Source: the human T2T-CHM13v2.0 reference genome, Homo sapiens. From it: a stretch of DNA of 64,000 bases. The stretch lies in the NCBI RefSeq assembly GCF_009914755.1, contig NC_060940.1, one strand, 5' to 3'. Within the stretch, counting starts at the first letter, position 1. Each line of letters opens with the position of its first letter. Under the pieces are notes generated by a model, which saw only the letters and a program-made list of their open reading frames with translations, ran no database searches and had not been told where the DNA came from. Shown piece after piece: positions 27,805-42,359 of this stretch. Position numbers and translations under genes: made by a program.

Positions 27805-28166
27805 ATTTTATTTATTTATTAATTTTTTGAGATGGAGTCTCACTCTATCATCCAGGCTGGAGTGTGGTAGGTGGGATCTTGGCTCACTGCAACCTCGTCT
27901 CCCGGGTTCAAGTGATTCTCCTGCCTCAGCCTCCCAAGTAGCTGGGAGTACAAGTGTGCACCACCATGCCTGGCTAATGTTTGTATTTTTAGTAGGGACG
28001 GGGTTTCGCCATGTTGGCCAGGCTGGTGTCAAACTCCTGATCTCAGGTGTTCCAAGAACAAAAGGCCAACCCCATTAGACGGTGGCCAAGTTGGTGCTGT
28101 GAACAGGGATCCTGCCTCTGCCTCCCAAAGTGATGGGATTACAGGCGTGAGCCACTACACCCAGCC
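27805..28166 (-). mobile_element. Alu (AluS-like) containing a non-Alu insertion
   Basis: Antisense dimer interrupted at ~28052-28108. Confidence 0.95.
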
Positions 28167-30539
28167 AAGAATTCAGCTTCTTAAAGGAGCTGCCTCAGAC
28201 TGTCTCAAGATCTTAGAAGGCCATGCCTACATTGCCACCAGCATCCCTTGGCTTTTTGCTTGGCTTAAGAATCTATCTTTTCCGTTCCTCCTTCCAGCAT
28301 ACTCAGCACAGTCCACCTCTGTGGTCTCTCTGTGGTTTTCTTTCTGTTTTCCTGCTCTCTCCATTTCTCATTCACCACACCCTGGGCTATCTTTCACTCT
28401 CTATGAAATACCTTGGATTTAGGAATTGGAGATTTCCTTGGGTCAGGTTTCACCCTCTTCAAGTAGCGTCTCAAACAGTATACCCACTACAGCTTTCTCC
28501 CCACTCTGTCAACCATGCCATGGGGCCTACTTTTTGCCCTGACTCCCACCAGATAATGCCCATCAGATGGCACCTCTTTTGGCTGAAAAATCGAAAACTC
28601 ATCACTCTTCCTGCATTCATTAGACAGTACCCTTTATGTTCAACTTTGTAATTTAAGTCCCATTCTTGCCTCATAGAATTATTGCCCGTTGACCTCCATA
28701 TAAGTATCTGCATTTGCTGCATCATTCATGACATGTGAGGCCTTTGACAAACCCTCCTATGGTGCAGCTTCCTCCGAGCAGCTCCTAAGGAAGTGCCAGA
28801 GTCAGGGCTTTCCTCTGCCTGAATTATCGGAGCTCTTGGCTTAATGTGGGAGAAGAGATGAATGATCTGTCCTTCTATGAAAGGCTTACCAACTCCATTC
28901 AATTCACAGTGGCTCTCTGAAGCTCTGTTTTTGGAAGGACTGTGAGGCTGTACCTGCACTTGATTGAACGAGTGCTGGGATTGATTAGTGATGTCTGCAG
29001 TGAGCGAAGGATTGGGAAGAGTAAACAGGCATGCTGCATATCTGTCATCATGGCTCTGAGTGTATCCTGTTTCAGAAGAGATGAACTGTGCTGTAGAGAT
29101 GTTAGCATCAGGTATTTTAGACACATGAAGAGAGGATCAGATTCAGTGGAAGTGCCAAAGGGATTCTTTCAGATGGGCAATAAGTGGTTCTGAAGATACG
29201 TATTTCTCAGTGTGTTATCTTGGCTCCATTTAGCCACACAAAAGGAATATGGGTATAGTGATGGGTCTCTCATGGCTCACGTATTAACTGTATTTGTTGT
29301 TACTGCTTCTCAGGCACTCTGTTAAGAATGCAGGGCTCTTCCTCAGACTCAGGGCGGGGCCTGGGCTTTACAGCAATGGTTTTCAGTTTGTAATCTCTCT
29401 CAAGGAAGGGAGAGGAGCACAAAGCTGCCTTGACTGCCAGCACCATCAGAAAAGTGACAGCAGTCTTGGCCCTGTAATTGCCAACAGTAATTCATTTGTT
29501 CGTTCTCTCTCTCTCGCTCCTGCTCCTGACTCTGGGGGATGCTTCTTTTCCTACCCTGCCTGGAAAGTGCTGGGGCATGGGTGAAACCAGAATGGTTTTG
29601 ATTCTCAAGTCTTTTTGTAGAGAGGAAGAATGGATATTCCTAGGGTCAGTTGATTGAGGGTGTGTTGGGGGAATGTGATTATCGATGATGCTGTATGCTG
29701 GGTACTAGACTGGGGGTTCGTTACATCAAGTTGTGGGGTCTGTGGAAAGGAAGTTGTCATAGGAGTCTAGGACTCAGCAGCTGTCACCTTCCCAAAGTCA
29801 CACTGCTGATGAGTGACAGAGACCACATTTAAATCTGTGTGTTTACAAGGTCTACAACTGCACCCTGCTACCTCCCAGAAGCTGAGGCAGGATGGGCAGG
29901 TTGCCACACCCTCCCAACCTCCTGCAACCTTAGTTGTTAGTGAAAGGTTATTAAATAGGCCTCACAATCGCAAGCCAGGTAAATATGTCATTGGAGAGGT
30001 TGGTTTTGTTTGCATTTCTGGTGAAGTTGAGTTGTTTTTATCCCCTACAAGGTCATCTAGACATTTTTATCCCCAAGGTCAGGAGATCTTTCTGCCAGAG
30101 GTCAGCATTCCATCCAGCTCCTGCCTGCTCTCTGGGTGGCCGACTGTGCCAGTAGAAATGCCAGCTGCAGCCAAAGGACAGGCTTTCCATCCGAGAAAAG
30201 CACTCACACTCGCATTTCTTTTCTGGTTCTGTTCCTCCCCTACATAACCAGAAAAAGCTCGTTAACACATGATGGCAACCAGGCTCCAATATCTGCCAGT
30301 TCCCCTGTACAGATTCCTCTTTAGCATTCTCTCGGCTTCCCTCCTCAACAATTAATTCAGATGAGCAGTTGGGAGAGTGCAGGATCCAGTTCAAAAGGAT
30401 CTGTCCCCCCGTGAACCCCAGGACAGGGTGAGAGGCCACCTGCACACTTTTTTTTTGTCAGCTCACACCCTGTTGGCCCTTTGCAAATATTTGTCTTTCC
30501 TCATGCACGTGGTTATTCCCAGAAAGATCCAGTGAATTG

Positions 30540-31134
<595 letters not shown>

Positions 31135-32269
31135 TAAATCAGAAAAATACATTTTTTAAAAAGATGTAAAGCATACATAGAGGATAACTTACAAATCTGC
31201 ATTTCATGACCACATATATCTATTGAGTTGCCCCTAGGATCATTTTTTTCAAAGCTAATGTCTGCCACAAATGGGAGTTTTAATAGGTTATAATTCATAT
31301 GACTTAGTGTTAAACCTCTACGTTGGGATTCTTAAATTTAACATGGATAAACTGAACTTGATTTCCTGCATTAAAAAAAATTAAAGAAATGAAAGTTCTG
31401 ACTGTTTTATTGTAGCTGGGGAATTCTTTTTGCAGGTGATGCTCATGTTACGGTTTTGAACCCAGGACTTTGCGTTGCAGTTTTGTTCAGGGGTTGCAGA
31501 ATACCGATCTGACTTTGCAGGAATGACTGTCTTGGTGCATAAGCCATTAACCTCTCTGCGCCCTTGGATTGCCTCCTCTCCTGCCAGCAGAAGCCAAGTC
31601 ACCTCATCTGTAAGGGAGTTTCATTGAGGACTAAGTGGGACCAGGCCGAAAACGACCCCCTTCCCCCATAGGAAGTCACAGAACAGCCAAGCCCTGGAAC
31701 AGGAGGAGCAGCTTCCTCCTGGGCACAGCTGTGCAGAACCAGAGGCGACGCATTTGCCCATCGTAAAGGCTGATTAGAAACAGTTGGGTCCCAAGCAGAA
31801 TCCTTTTGCCCATGACTGTGTCCATGGTCGAGGTGTCCATTGTCACTGTTGCCAGATGCCAGCACTGGCGAGGGTTTTGCCTTCCTACCGTAGGCTTCTT
31901 GACCCGGCACCTCGGAAAGTAACTCCTGTCCATTGTTCCTTGTGCCATCTTTCTTAAGAAAACATGAGGAGGAGCAGGGTGATGCTAGATGGAAGCAGGA
32001 GAGCCTGGGGTCTTAGTTTCAGTGGCTCTGACTTCAGTTTTCTCACCTCGAAATCTCCCTTCTCTGAACCTTTTTGCGTGCTCTTCTGTCTGTCTGATAT
32101 TCATCATCTGACTCATCTCTACCAGTCAGGAGTTGCTTCTTCCAGGAAGCCACATTCCATGGACTGATACGCTGGGCTCCATGCCATCCTGGGGTTCTCT
32201 TGAGTACATCTGGAGGGGTGTAGTGTGTTGTAAATGCATACGATCATGCTGGTACATTTCATCAAAGGT

Positions 32270-32440
32270 GGCAGTTACACTACCAGTTGTGTGCCCTTGG
32301 GCAATTAGCATCACCCTGCTGTGCCTCAGTGTTTCCATCTATAAACTGGGTATAATAATCATTCCTACCCCATAGGTTGCTGTGAAGATTGGCTCACATC
32401 AGTAATGTACTTGGAATGGATCCTGGCATAAAAAGAGCCC
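32270..32440 (+). mobile_element. MIR
   Basis: 'ctgtgcctcagtgtttccatctataaactggg...ggttgctgtgaagatt'. Confidence 0.8.
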
Positions 32441-32547
32441 TTGGAAAATGATAGCGTTCATCCTTGGTATGACCTCCAAGTTCTTTGAACCTCAAAGAGC
32501 CAAGTCCCACATCTCAGGTACATTTCAGTTCATTCTTTCTGAGTTGA

Positions 32548-32896
<349 letters not shown>

Positions 32897-35689
32897 TGAC
32901 TGTAAAACAGATCAGTTTTGCTTTAGTTCCCACCCTCATCATCAACCCCTCCCCAGCTACCCTGCAAAAGAGTCACAGATCATTGGGATAACTAGAACCA
33001 CAGAGATCCCCCTAGACTTGTCAGCCAGGGAACCTGACACTCTTAGACCTTCTTCTGAGTGCTTTGTCCTTGTCCGGAGAGCTCGGGGAGGAGCAAGGTT
33101 GTACTGGGATTTTTTTCCGATCACAGAAAGTAACTTAGCTAGCTGTTGCCCAGCCAATTTGCCCAAGGGAGAGGTTGCTCCTGGGTTGCAGGACGCATCC
33201 ATGGATGGAGCATGGGTTTTGGGCTGTGGGGGGACAATGAGGTGGTTCCTGAAATCCCTAGTTACTAGCAGACAAGTGCATCAGACAAGTGCATTTCACC
33301 GTTCTGAGCTTCAGTCTCTTATCCAAGCAGAAACATGGCCAGAATGCAATGTCCTAATACATGTAATTCATTACGTGTGTTGTCATGTAATGTAACACAC
33401 CTATTGGCAGTCTCTGACACAATACAGATATTGACCCCATGGTCTTGCCCCAACTTAAATAAAAATAAAAACGAATGCAAAAGAGGAATCTTCTTTGCAC
33501 TCGTGTGATGTCTGTTAATTCTTGGCTTTCTTCCTTCATAAGGTTAATCATCTCCCTGTCACCCCTCCCGCTTGTCCCCCAGCCTCTGTGTGTCACCTTC
33601 TCTCTGAGCTCACCCTCTCTAGGAAGCCTTCCTTGCTGGAATGCCCATTCCCTGATATAAGGATTCCACCCACCACGCCCCTTGCGGTTCCTTGCCGGTG
33701 TCCTGTCCTGGGCAGACATAAGCCCTGTGGGTTCCAGTTTCTCATTAGGAACCTGGATGATGGAGCAGGGATCATGCTCATTAAGTCCGCAGAACTCATC
33801 AGCTGCTTAGCAGGGGGCCAAGGAGGGCTGAGCCTATGACGGGTGAATAAGTCTGGTTGGCCTCTGGGAGTACGGGATCAGAATTCCAAGTGACTGGGGT
33901 CAGTAGCAGGCCACCAAGAGCCATCCCACCTCAGAAAGACAGAAGCCATCACTGCAAATGGCAAGGGCATGAGGCAGTTTGAAACTGGCAAAACTGGACC
34001 TTTCATGGAATCCAGGGCTTGAGCTTTAATGCTTTACACTTTTGTTTTTTCATTCCATACGCTTTTGCTTTAGCTTCCTGGCAAAATTCAGACAAACCTA
34101 GAAGGGATAATAACTTACATTCAACCTCTGCTTGCTCTGTCCTTTCTCACACGTGTTTAGAGAAACTGGAGGAGCCCGGGAACTGCTTTCTCCTCTCTAA
34201 GAGTCTTGGTGGTTTCTTGTGTGGAAATGAATGGGAAGTTCACCCTGGTTCTGCAAAATGGGTGCGAAATGTAAAATGTATATACCTTCTATCCTACTCT
34301 TTATGTTCCACAAATTTTGGAGGGAAACTGATTAACTCTCTAGCTACCATGTTCCAGGTGCCTGCACCTGCTTGCTCTTGGTTAACCTGCACCCACGTTC
34401 CCCCGCCTGTCTCTGAAGTATTCACAGGTGGAGGCTCAGATGCACACAGTGATTGAGTGCCCTAGCTGGGGTTGGAAACTCTGTCCATGAACTCCAAAGC
34501 CCACGCTCTCTTACACCCTCCCAAAAGCTGAGGCTTCCTCACTGTCTTTTGCATTATGTCATGGGTGGAAACATGCACCTTCCCTGACCTTTTGGCTTGG
34601 AACATGGAAGTTCATTGACTTTGTTGCCTAGCAGGGCCTGGAGCTGGGTTTCTTGCCTGATCAATGTATATCATTTTGCCAAGAGACAGAGTCTGTGCTG
34701 GAGAGATTGATTCCCTGGTTATTTATCTTCCTCTGCCCAGTGTAAATTGGTCAGCCTGATCCTATTCGCATGATAAAAATCATAATGTCTCAAATTACTT
34801 ACTCAATAAAATGTGGGTTTGTCTATTATTAGTGATTATTAGGGTTATAATGCAGCATGGAAATTTGGAGCAAATTAACTATACATGCAAGCTGTTGGGC
34901 TCAAGTGCAGTTAATCATACGCATACAGTGCCAGTGGGCAGAAGGTTTTGCAAGAATAGCTTCAGGAAGACTTTGTGGGAAGACAGATGAATACTCAGGG
35001 TTTTTTTTTTTTTTTCTTCTAACTTGTCCTCCTTGATCAGGATTTCTCAAATGCACATTTGTCTAATATACTGTTGAACCATGCAAGTACCAAAACAAAA
35101 CAAGAAACCCAGAATTATAGCTCAAATTTAATTAAAATAGCTTTTATTGCTTCTATTCATGTGTCCCTGGATTTTAAGTGATGCGTCAGAATTTCATGAT
35201 GAGCAAATGCCTATGGATGCCCTCATTTCTCATCCTTCTTGACTGTCTGCTAAGATTCACTCTTGGTCTTGTCTTTGAGCTTTTCTGTTCAGTGATGTAA
35301 TGGGACAGGCTCTCCTGTCATCAAGAGTTCCCATCATACCTGGGCACTGCCATTTCCTCTGTGGTAGATGCTTCCTGGACACGTGGGCAGGTGAGAGGTG
35401 CTGACTTTGCCTACTTGCAGCTGAAGAGAAGAGAGATGTAGCTTTGAATGGCCACATGAGTGTTTTTTTAAATGAAAAAAAAATCTATGTATAACTTGTT
35501 TCCTGTGAGGGTGCCAGGAAACTTTACAATGAACTTCGTGAATTAAACCTCTACCAGATGAATAGAGGTGGTGGCATGGTAGCAGAAATTAGGATTAAAA
35601 AAATGGTTTTTGATTTATGAAAAATTTTTCTGCAGGAAATTTTGATTTGTTCTTTGTGGATTCTGAGGATAAAATTAAGACCAACATTG

Positions 35690-36440
35690 AGGATGAGAGA
35701 CAGAACTGAACTCAACTTAAAATAGCTTCAGGGAGGAAAAGCAAGTGCATTAGATAAGTAAGTGGGAAGTCCAGGGGTAGACGTGAGTTCAGGCATAGCT
35801 GGATCCAGGATCCGACAGCTTGCATGTGTAGTTAATTTGTTCCAAATTTCCATCCTGCATTATAACCCTAATGTTTGCTAATAACACACAAACCCACATT
35901 TTATTAAGTAAGTAATTTGAGACATGATGATTTTTGTCATGTAAATAGGATCAGGCTGACCAGTATAGACTGGGCAGAGGAAGATTCATAACCAGGGAAT
36001 TAATCTCTGGATCCAGGCTGAAATGATATTATCAGACACCTTTCTTTCTCTGGTCCTCAGTTTTGATCTCTTCTCTGCTAGCTTTATTCTAAGACAGGCT
36101 TAGATGGGATGTAGAGAGCAAACTCTGGAAGTGGAGTACCTCTGGCCTCCAAGGCCAGTAGTTGTAGCAAAAGTCCAGGGCTGCCGCTCATTCACTCTGC
36201 TCGGACCTTTCTGGTCACTTGTCTTCTGTGGTTTGGTCCTTGTGGCCAGGGACAATGAAACTCTCATTGATTAGGCCTGAGTTATGTGCTCTCTCCTAGA
36301 GCCAGGAAGAGGCTTCGGCCCTGCCCAGACCCGGTGGCCTGAGAGTCACAGTGAGGCGCAGCTCCCAAAGGGAGACTGAAATATAAGCAAAAGAAAAGGA
36401 ACACGTACTGGGAATCCCAAACAGCAAATGTTCACTGTGT
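35690..36440 (-). mobile_element. Old MaLR LTR (MLT1J/K-like), fragmented
   Basis: 'ttcaggcatagctggatccagg', 'ctttattctaagacaggct' and 'ctcattgattaggcctgagttatgtgc'. Confidence 0.5.
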
Positions 36441-36554
36441 TCAGGGAGGAGTCTTCAGGCCCACAGTGTAGGCATTCAACAAACGCTCTTCAGGGAGAAG
36501 GAAAGTTACCATCAAAATCCGTCGTTGAAAGTATTGAAGTTCCAGCTGGCGGTC

Positions 36555-36982
36555 TGATACAGCTTAGATGTTGTCCCTGCCCAAAGCTCATGTCAAAAGG
36601 TAATCTGCAGCGTTGGAGGTGGGGCATGGTGGGAGGTGATTGGGTCATGGGGGTGGATTTCTCATGAATGGTTTACCACCATCCTCTTGGTACTGTCCTC
36701 ACGATAGTGAGTGAGTTGTTGGGGGAGCTGGTCATTTAAAAATGTGTGGCACAGCCCCCCACCCTGTCTCTTGCTCCTGCCCTGGCCACATGACGTGCCT
36801 GCTCCGCCTTCTCCTTCTGCCATGATTGTAAGCTTCTTGAGACTTCCCCCAGAAGCCAGGCAGCTGCCAGTATCATGTTTCCTGTACAGCCTGTGGAACT
36901 ATGAGCCAATTAAACCTCTTTTCTTTATAAATTACCCAGTCTCAGGTAATTCTTTATAGCAATGCAAGAATGGCCTAATACA
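36555..36982 (+). mobile_element. MaLR solo LTR (MSTA-like)
   Basis: TG...CA ends, 'gtgggaggtgattgggtcatggggg...ccaattaaacctcttttctttataaattacccagtctc'; 5-bp TSD cggtc / tggtc. Confidence 0.92.
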
Positions 36983-37039
36983 TGGTCTCTGAGCAGGATT
37001 ATTGTAGAGGGGACTGATGTTGAAGAATGGAAAAGAAGG

Positions 37040-37270
37040 CAGTGTCAGAGAATGCTGAAGAGTGTGGATCTTAAAGTCCAACCTCAAGGCCCAGCGCTGC
37101 CACTTAACAGCTCTGTGACCCTGTAAAGTCACTCAGCCTCATTGAGTCCCCCATCCTCCCCTGTGTAGAATGAGGCTAATGCTAGTGCTCATTTCATAGA
37201 GTTGCTACAATAATCAATGAGATAATGTGCATAAAGATTTACATACATAATAACTGCTCAATAAAGGGTA
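37040..37270 (+). mobile_element. MIR
   Basis: 'gccacttaacagctctgtgacc...aatgagataatgtgcataaag'. Confidence 0.7.
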
Positions 37271-37947
37271 GATGTTAAAATTAGCATCAGCGAGCTCTAG
37301 AAGATGCTAAGTTCTCTGGAAAGATCAGCTCTGCTCCTGTCAATCTCTCCAAATGTTAGATTTTGCCTCAAATTTTAGGCATTCGTTCATTCATTTATTC
37401 TTTCGTAAATTCTATCGCATTAACCTTTACAAGTGTTAAATTAAATCTTTTCCCCAAATTATGCATTAGAACCAAGTTCTTATGTGGTGGATGTACCTCA
37501 TTTCAGCAAGAGCTTTCTAAGGGTACAGAATTAAATATGCAGCCTCTGGGATTCAGTGATAGCTCATGGGACATTTGACCTACATGGAAATGCAGGCTGG
37601 AGTTGCATTTTAATTGGCAAGGATCAGCCCAGTTGTCCAGCTTGTAGCTTGGAGTGTGGCCTGGCTCCCACTCCAGAGAGATGTACATCATGATCTGCGT
37701 GGGTGAGAGGATACTCTCAGGAAATGGGCAAAGTTGCCAGCTGACCTCTCCAGAAAGAGAGACTATGTTGTTAGTTTCCCTTACTTGGATGAGAAATTTC
37801 TCCATTCCTAGTCTCATTTTCCCAATAGAACACGGAGGCAGAATTTAAAGCCTCAAAACAATCTGATGCACATCAGCTATCAATGAAAAGGACCAGCTTG
37901 GAGGCAGAGGCACCTGAGTTTTGCATCTTGGCTCAATCACTTACTAA

Positions 37948-38454
<507 letters not shown>

Positions 38455-38641
38455 TAGCCACTGTTATTATTATTGTCAGTATGTATCCAAGTGTTTAGTT
38501 CATTTTCTCTGCATTTGTCTAACTCCCTTTTTTCCCTTGAACTGTAAAGCTCTCAGCCCAGGGATATAGTAGCACCAGCACATAGTAGATGATCAAGAAA
38601 AATTAGTCATTCTCTCTGGTTCTTCCTTTCCTGTATCCTGT

Positions 38642-38848
38642 TGTCTTTATCAGTTCAGGCTGCTGTGACAAAAGTATCACAGACTGGATGGCCTTAACCA
38701 CAATTGTTTTACATGGTTCTGGAGACTGGGAAGTCTAAGATTAAGGCAGTGGAAGGTTCACTGTCTGGTGAAGGCTGGGCTCCTGATTCATAGATGTCTG
38801 CCCTTCTTGTGCATCTTCACATGGTGGGAAGAGGGTGAGAGAGCTCAC
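38642..38848 (-). mobile_element. MLT1A-like LTR fragment
   Basis: 'ggctgctgtgacaaaagtatcacagactgg...ttctggagactgggaagtctaagat...tcttcacatggtg'. Confidence 0.8.
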
Positions 38849-39817
38849 CGGGGAGTGTTTCTCCCAGTTCCTCCCCAGTACACAGAAAAACAAAGCTTTC
38901 TGTCTCACCAGGAGGACTCCACGGTGAGCATAGCTTGGCTCAGCCCAGCAGGAGATTTTGAACCGACTCTGGTAGATTCTTCCTGCAGCCATTCAGCTCC
39001 CACCTCTTTCTCTCAAAAAGAAATCCAGGGCTGGGTGTGTGTGGGCAACTTCACCCTGCTCTCTTTGTCCCCCAGGCCTGCACTACAACAAATGTCTCTT
39101 TGTGTCCAACTCTTCTTCCATTTCTAGTCCTTCTTTTCTCTTCTTCTCGTACTTCCCATATTCCTAATACGATTGGTTACTCAAATTCTTAAACAACTCA
39201 CAACTCATTATCTCCCTTCCATGTAAAAGTAACCCCCAGCCTGAGCTACCTGACCCCGTGGTTTAAACAATAAAGCAACTGACCTTTTATCAGAAATTTG
39301 CAAAGCCATTTAATTTACATATGTCCTTGGCATCCACAAATATTGCTTCTCCTTTCAACCAGCATGCCACCCTTCCAGCCATTCACATATGTATTCATTC
39401 ATTCATTCATTTATTCTTTCATTCAGTCAATAAATATTTATTGAGTAGTAAGCACATGCAAGGCATTGAGGGTGGGGAGGGAAAGAGACACAAATTGTCC
39501 TTACCCTCATGGATTCACCATGTATTTAAAGGCCACAAATACTTGTGTGAGAAGCAAGTCTTAATAGTCTGAAGTGTTTTCTTAGATTCCCTTGAGCCGC
39601 AATGCTGAAAAGCTTATGGTGGTTTTGCTAATGAATTTGACAAGGCCAGAAATAGACCAGATGAAGATTGATCCATTGGTTAATTGATTAATTGATTGAT
39701 CGACTGAGGAATGTCAGCCTGGTCTACCAAGGTTTATGAAAGCCTGGCATATAGAAATGATGTCGTTAATGCACAAATACCTGCATCCTGTCTTGAACTC
39801 CCTCTAGGGGCCACCAT

Positions 39818-39915
39818 GTGTATCAGTGTCCTGTGGCTGCTGTAACAGATTACTACAAATTTTGTGGCATAAAATAACACAAATCGATTCCCTTACAGTT
39901 CTGGATGTCAGAACT
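39818..39915 (-). mobile_element. MLT1 LTR fragment
   Basis: 'tgtggctgctgtaacagattactacaaa...ttacagttctggatgtcagaa'. Confidence 0.7.
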
Positions 39916-39940
39916 GGGTGACTTTCTCCTGAGACTGTCC

Positions 39941-39976
<36 letters not shown>

Positions 39977-41357
39977 TGTCAGTTTGTTTTGGGTGATGCA
40001 GATGGAAGGTAACGTCACAGGGCAGCTGTATTCCAGGTACTTGGTGACTCTTGGTTGCGATCTGATGACTGGCTCACAGTAGGACCATGACGTGAGCAGA
40101 TTTGTAGTCCTGCATGAATGAAGGAAAGAAAGAAATCTGACAACTCATTGATTCAGATTCACAGACTCTGCATTTTGAACCAGAATACACCCGAGCAATT
40201 ACCTAGCACAAAATCTCCTGTCTGCAGAGGAGTTGCAGGAAGGAGAATTCACTATATCCTCTCCTGAAAATATCCCTTGTGGTCAAGGTGGCTATAGACT
40301 GGCATCCCTCTGCTCCCTAAGATGCCAGGGACTCACGTCTTCTAGGATATCAGGGGAAGATACAGGGCAATGGGCCTCAGATCACAGACACGGAAAATCA
40401 TTTTCTATTTCATGGAGCATGGAGAAGCTTCCTTCAAAAAGCTAGCCTTCGACTTTCTATTTTTTGAACTGAAGGGCAGGCCAGGAGGGAGCTGACCTGT
40501 GTAGAGCTTGGAGGTTGTGTTTTCAGCTGAGAAAAGTGATCCTGAACCTCTCCATCCTTGCAAAGCTCAGATGGAAGCCCAGGGGCCCCAGCCCTCCAGC
40601 CCCACACACATGCCGGTGCACCTGGACTGCCACTCTACCTGTTTACAAATTACCCCCATTTTCTGCTTGGTTCAGCAGCAACTGATTACCGTCCCCCGTG
40701 ATGTAATTAGGGCTTCAGAGTTCACGTGTGTCTATTATGAGCTCTCCTGTGCTTTGTCTTGGTGCTTCGTTTCTGTAGCAGTAATCATATATATATATAA
40801 AAATTTGGTATCAATTGTTTGGCTAAATTATGCACAGTGGGCCATCCTAACCTGCCATTAACATAACGTATGCTAAAGAATGTGTTGTGTTTTTTTGTTT
40901 TCTCTGATAATTATACTCTAAAGCATCAATTGCTTATTTGAGTAAATTAAACTTTGAGTTGTTCTTATTTCTTCAAACTTTCAAATTGTCTTGCCTGCAG
41001 CAGATGCAGACCCAGCACTCCGGCTGCTGCCAGTGGAGGCAGGAGCCTCGTTACCACCTTTCTGAGAAATTCAAGTGCCACACAGTGGTCACCAGCATTG
41101 TAGCTGCCCTGATGTTCCGGGCTCAGCTGCAATATAGCACATCTCTACCACCATCCCCAGAGTGACCTCCAGAACTGTAAGGGACCCCCGCCTTTGGTAC
41201 AGAGATGGGAGTTAAACACAGGTGTCCACTGGAGTCATGATTCCTCTATTCCCTGGACAAATATGCAATGAGAATCCCTGAGGGACAGGCACTGTGCTAG
41301 ATACCCGAGATACAAAAGCGACAAGGTTTCTATCCTCTGACAGTTTATACTTTAGTG

Positions 41358-41555
41358 CAGTGGTCAGCAGACTGTTTCTGCAAACAGCTAGATAGCAAAT
41401 ATTTTAGACTTTGTGACCCATACAGTCACCATCACAACTATTCAGTTCTGCCAGTGTAACTCAAAAGCAGCCATGGCTGTTACATAATGAGTGGCTGTGG
41501 CTGTGTGCCAATTAAACTTTATTTACAAAAACAAGAGGAGGGCCAGATTTTGCCT
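41358..41555. mobile_element. MER58A-like hAT transposon
   Basis: 'cagtggtcagcagactg...aaatattttagactttgtg...ccaattaaactttatttacaaaaaca'. Confidence 0.8.
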
Positions 41556-41827
41556 TTGTCAAGGAAGTAAGCATAATAGTGCAAGCAGCACGTGCCCGCT
41601 CTTTCACACTGGGGCAAACACAGGGGATTTATTCGGCACAATTGAGTAATGTGGATGAGGCTGCTCAGGGCTGGCAGTTGTAGGACGCAAAACCTTGAGG
41701 GGCATCGATATTCTGGTACAGCTGTCACCCATTTGCAGCACAGCTGGGACACTCCACAGAGAATGATCAGGAAGGCCAAGCCCAGATGGCATTGTTGAGG
41801 GGCTTTCTCTTAAGACTGCATCTGAGT

Positions 41828-42125
41828 GGCAGGGCGCAGTAGCTGACCCTTGTAATCCCAGCACTTTGGGAGGCCGAGGTGGGTGGATCACGAGGTCAGG
41901 AGTTCAAGACCAGCCTGGCCATGATGGCGAAACCCCGTCTCTACTAAAAATACAAAAATTAGCCTGGCGTGGTGGCCGGCGCCTGTAATCCCAGCCACTT
42001 GGGAGGCTGAGGCAGAGAATTGCTTGAACCTGGGAGGTGGAGGTTGCAGTGAGCTGAGATCATCCCACCGCACACCAGCCTGGCCGACAGAGTGAGACTC
42101 TGTCTCAAAAAAAAAAAAAAAAAAA
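41828..42125 (+). mobile_element. Alu (AluS-like)
   Basis: Sense dimer with A tail. Confidence 0.95.
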
Positions 42126-42359
42126 GTTACTTCTGAGTTAAAATATGAAGAGTGAGCAGTACCCAGCCATGCAGAAGGACATGGAGTGGTAAAAGCATGT
42201 GGTTCCATTAAGGGAAAGACTCCAGGGCAAGAAAAAAACATGTCATGCTTGTACCTGAGGGAAGGCCAGTGTGATTGCAGAGTATGGGGCACCCTGGAGG
42301 TCTGGAATGGGAGGAGTTTAAACAGGTCATTAGAGCTTCAAGATGAAGCATAGGCCAGT

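Noticed and set aside
39944-39973. Solitary 30-nt poly-T as a truncated retro-insertion
   Set aside because: No TSD or element body could be found.
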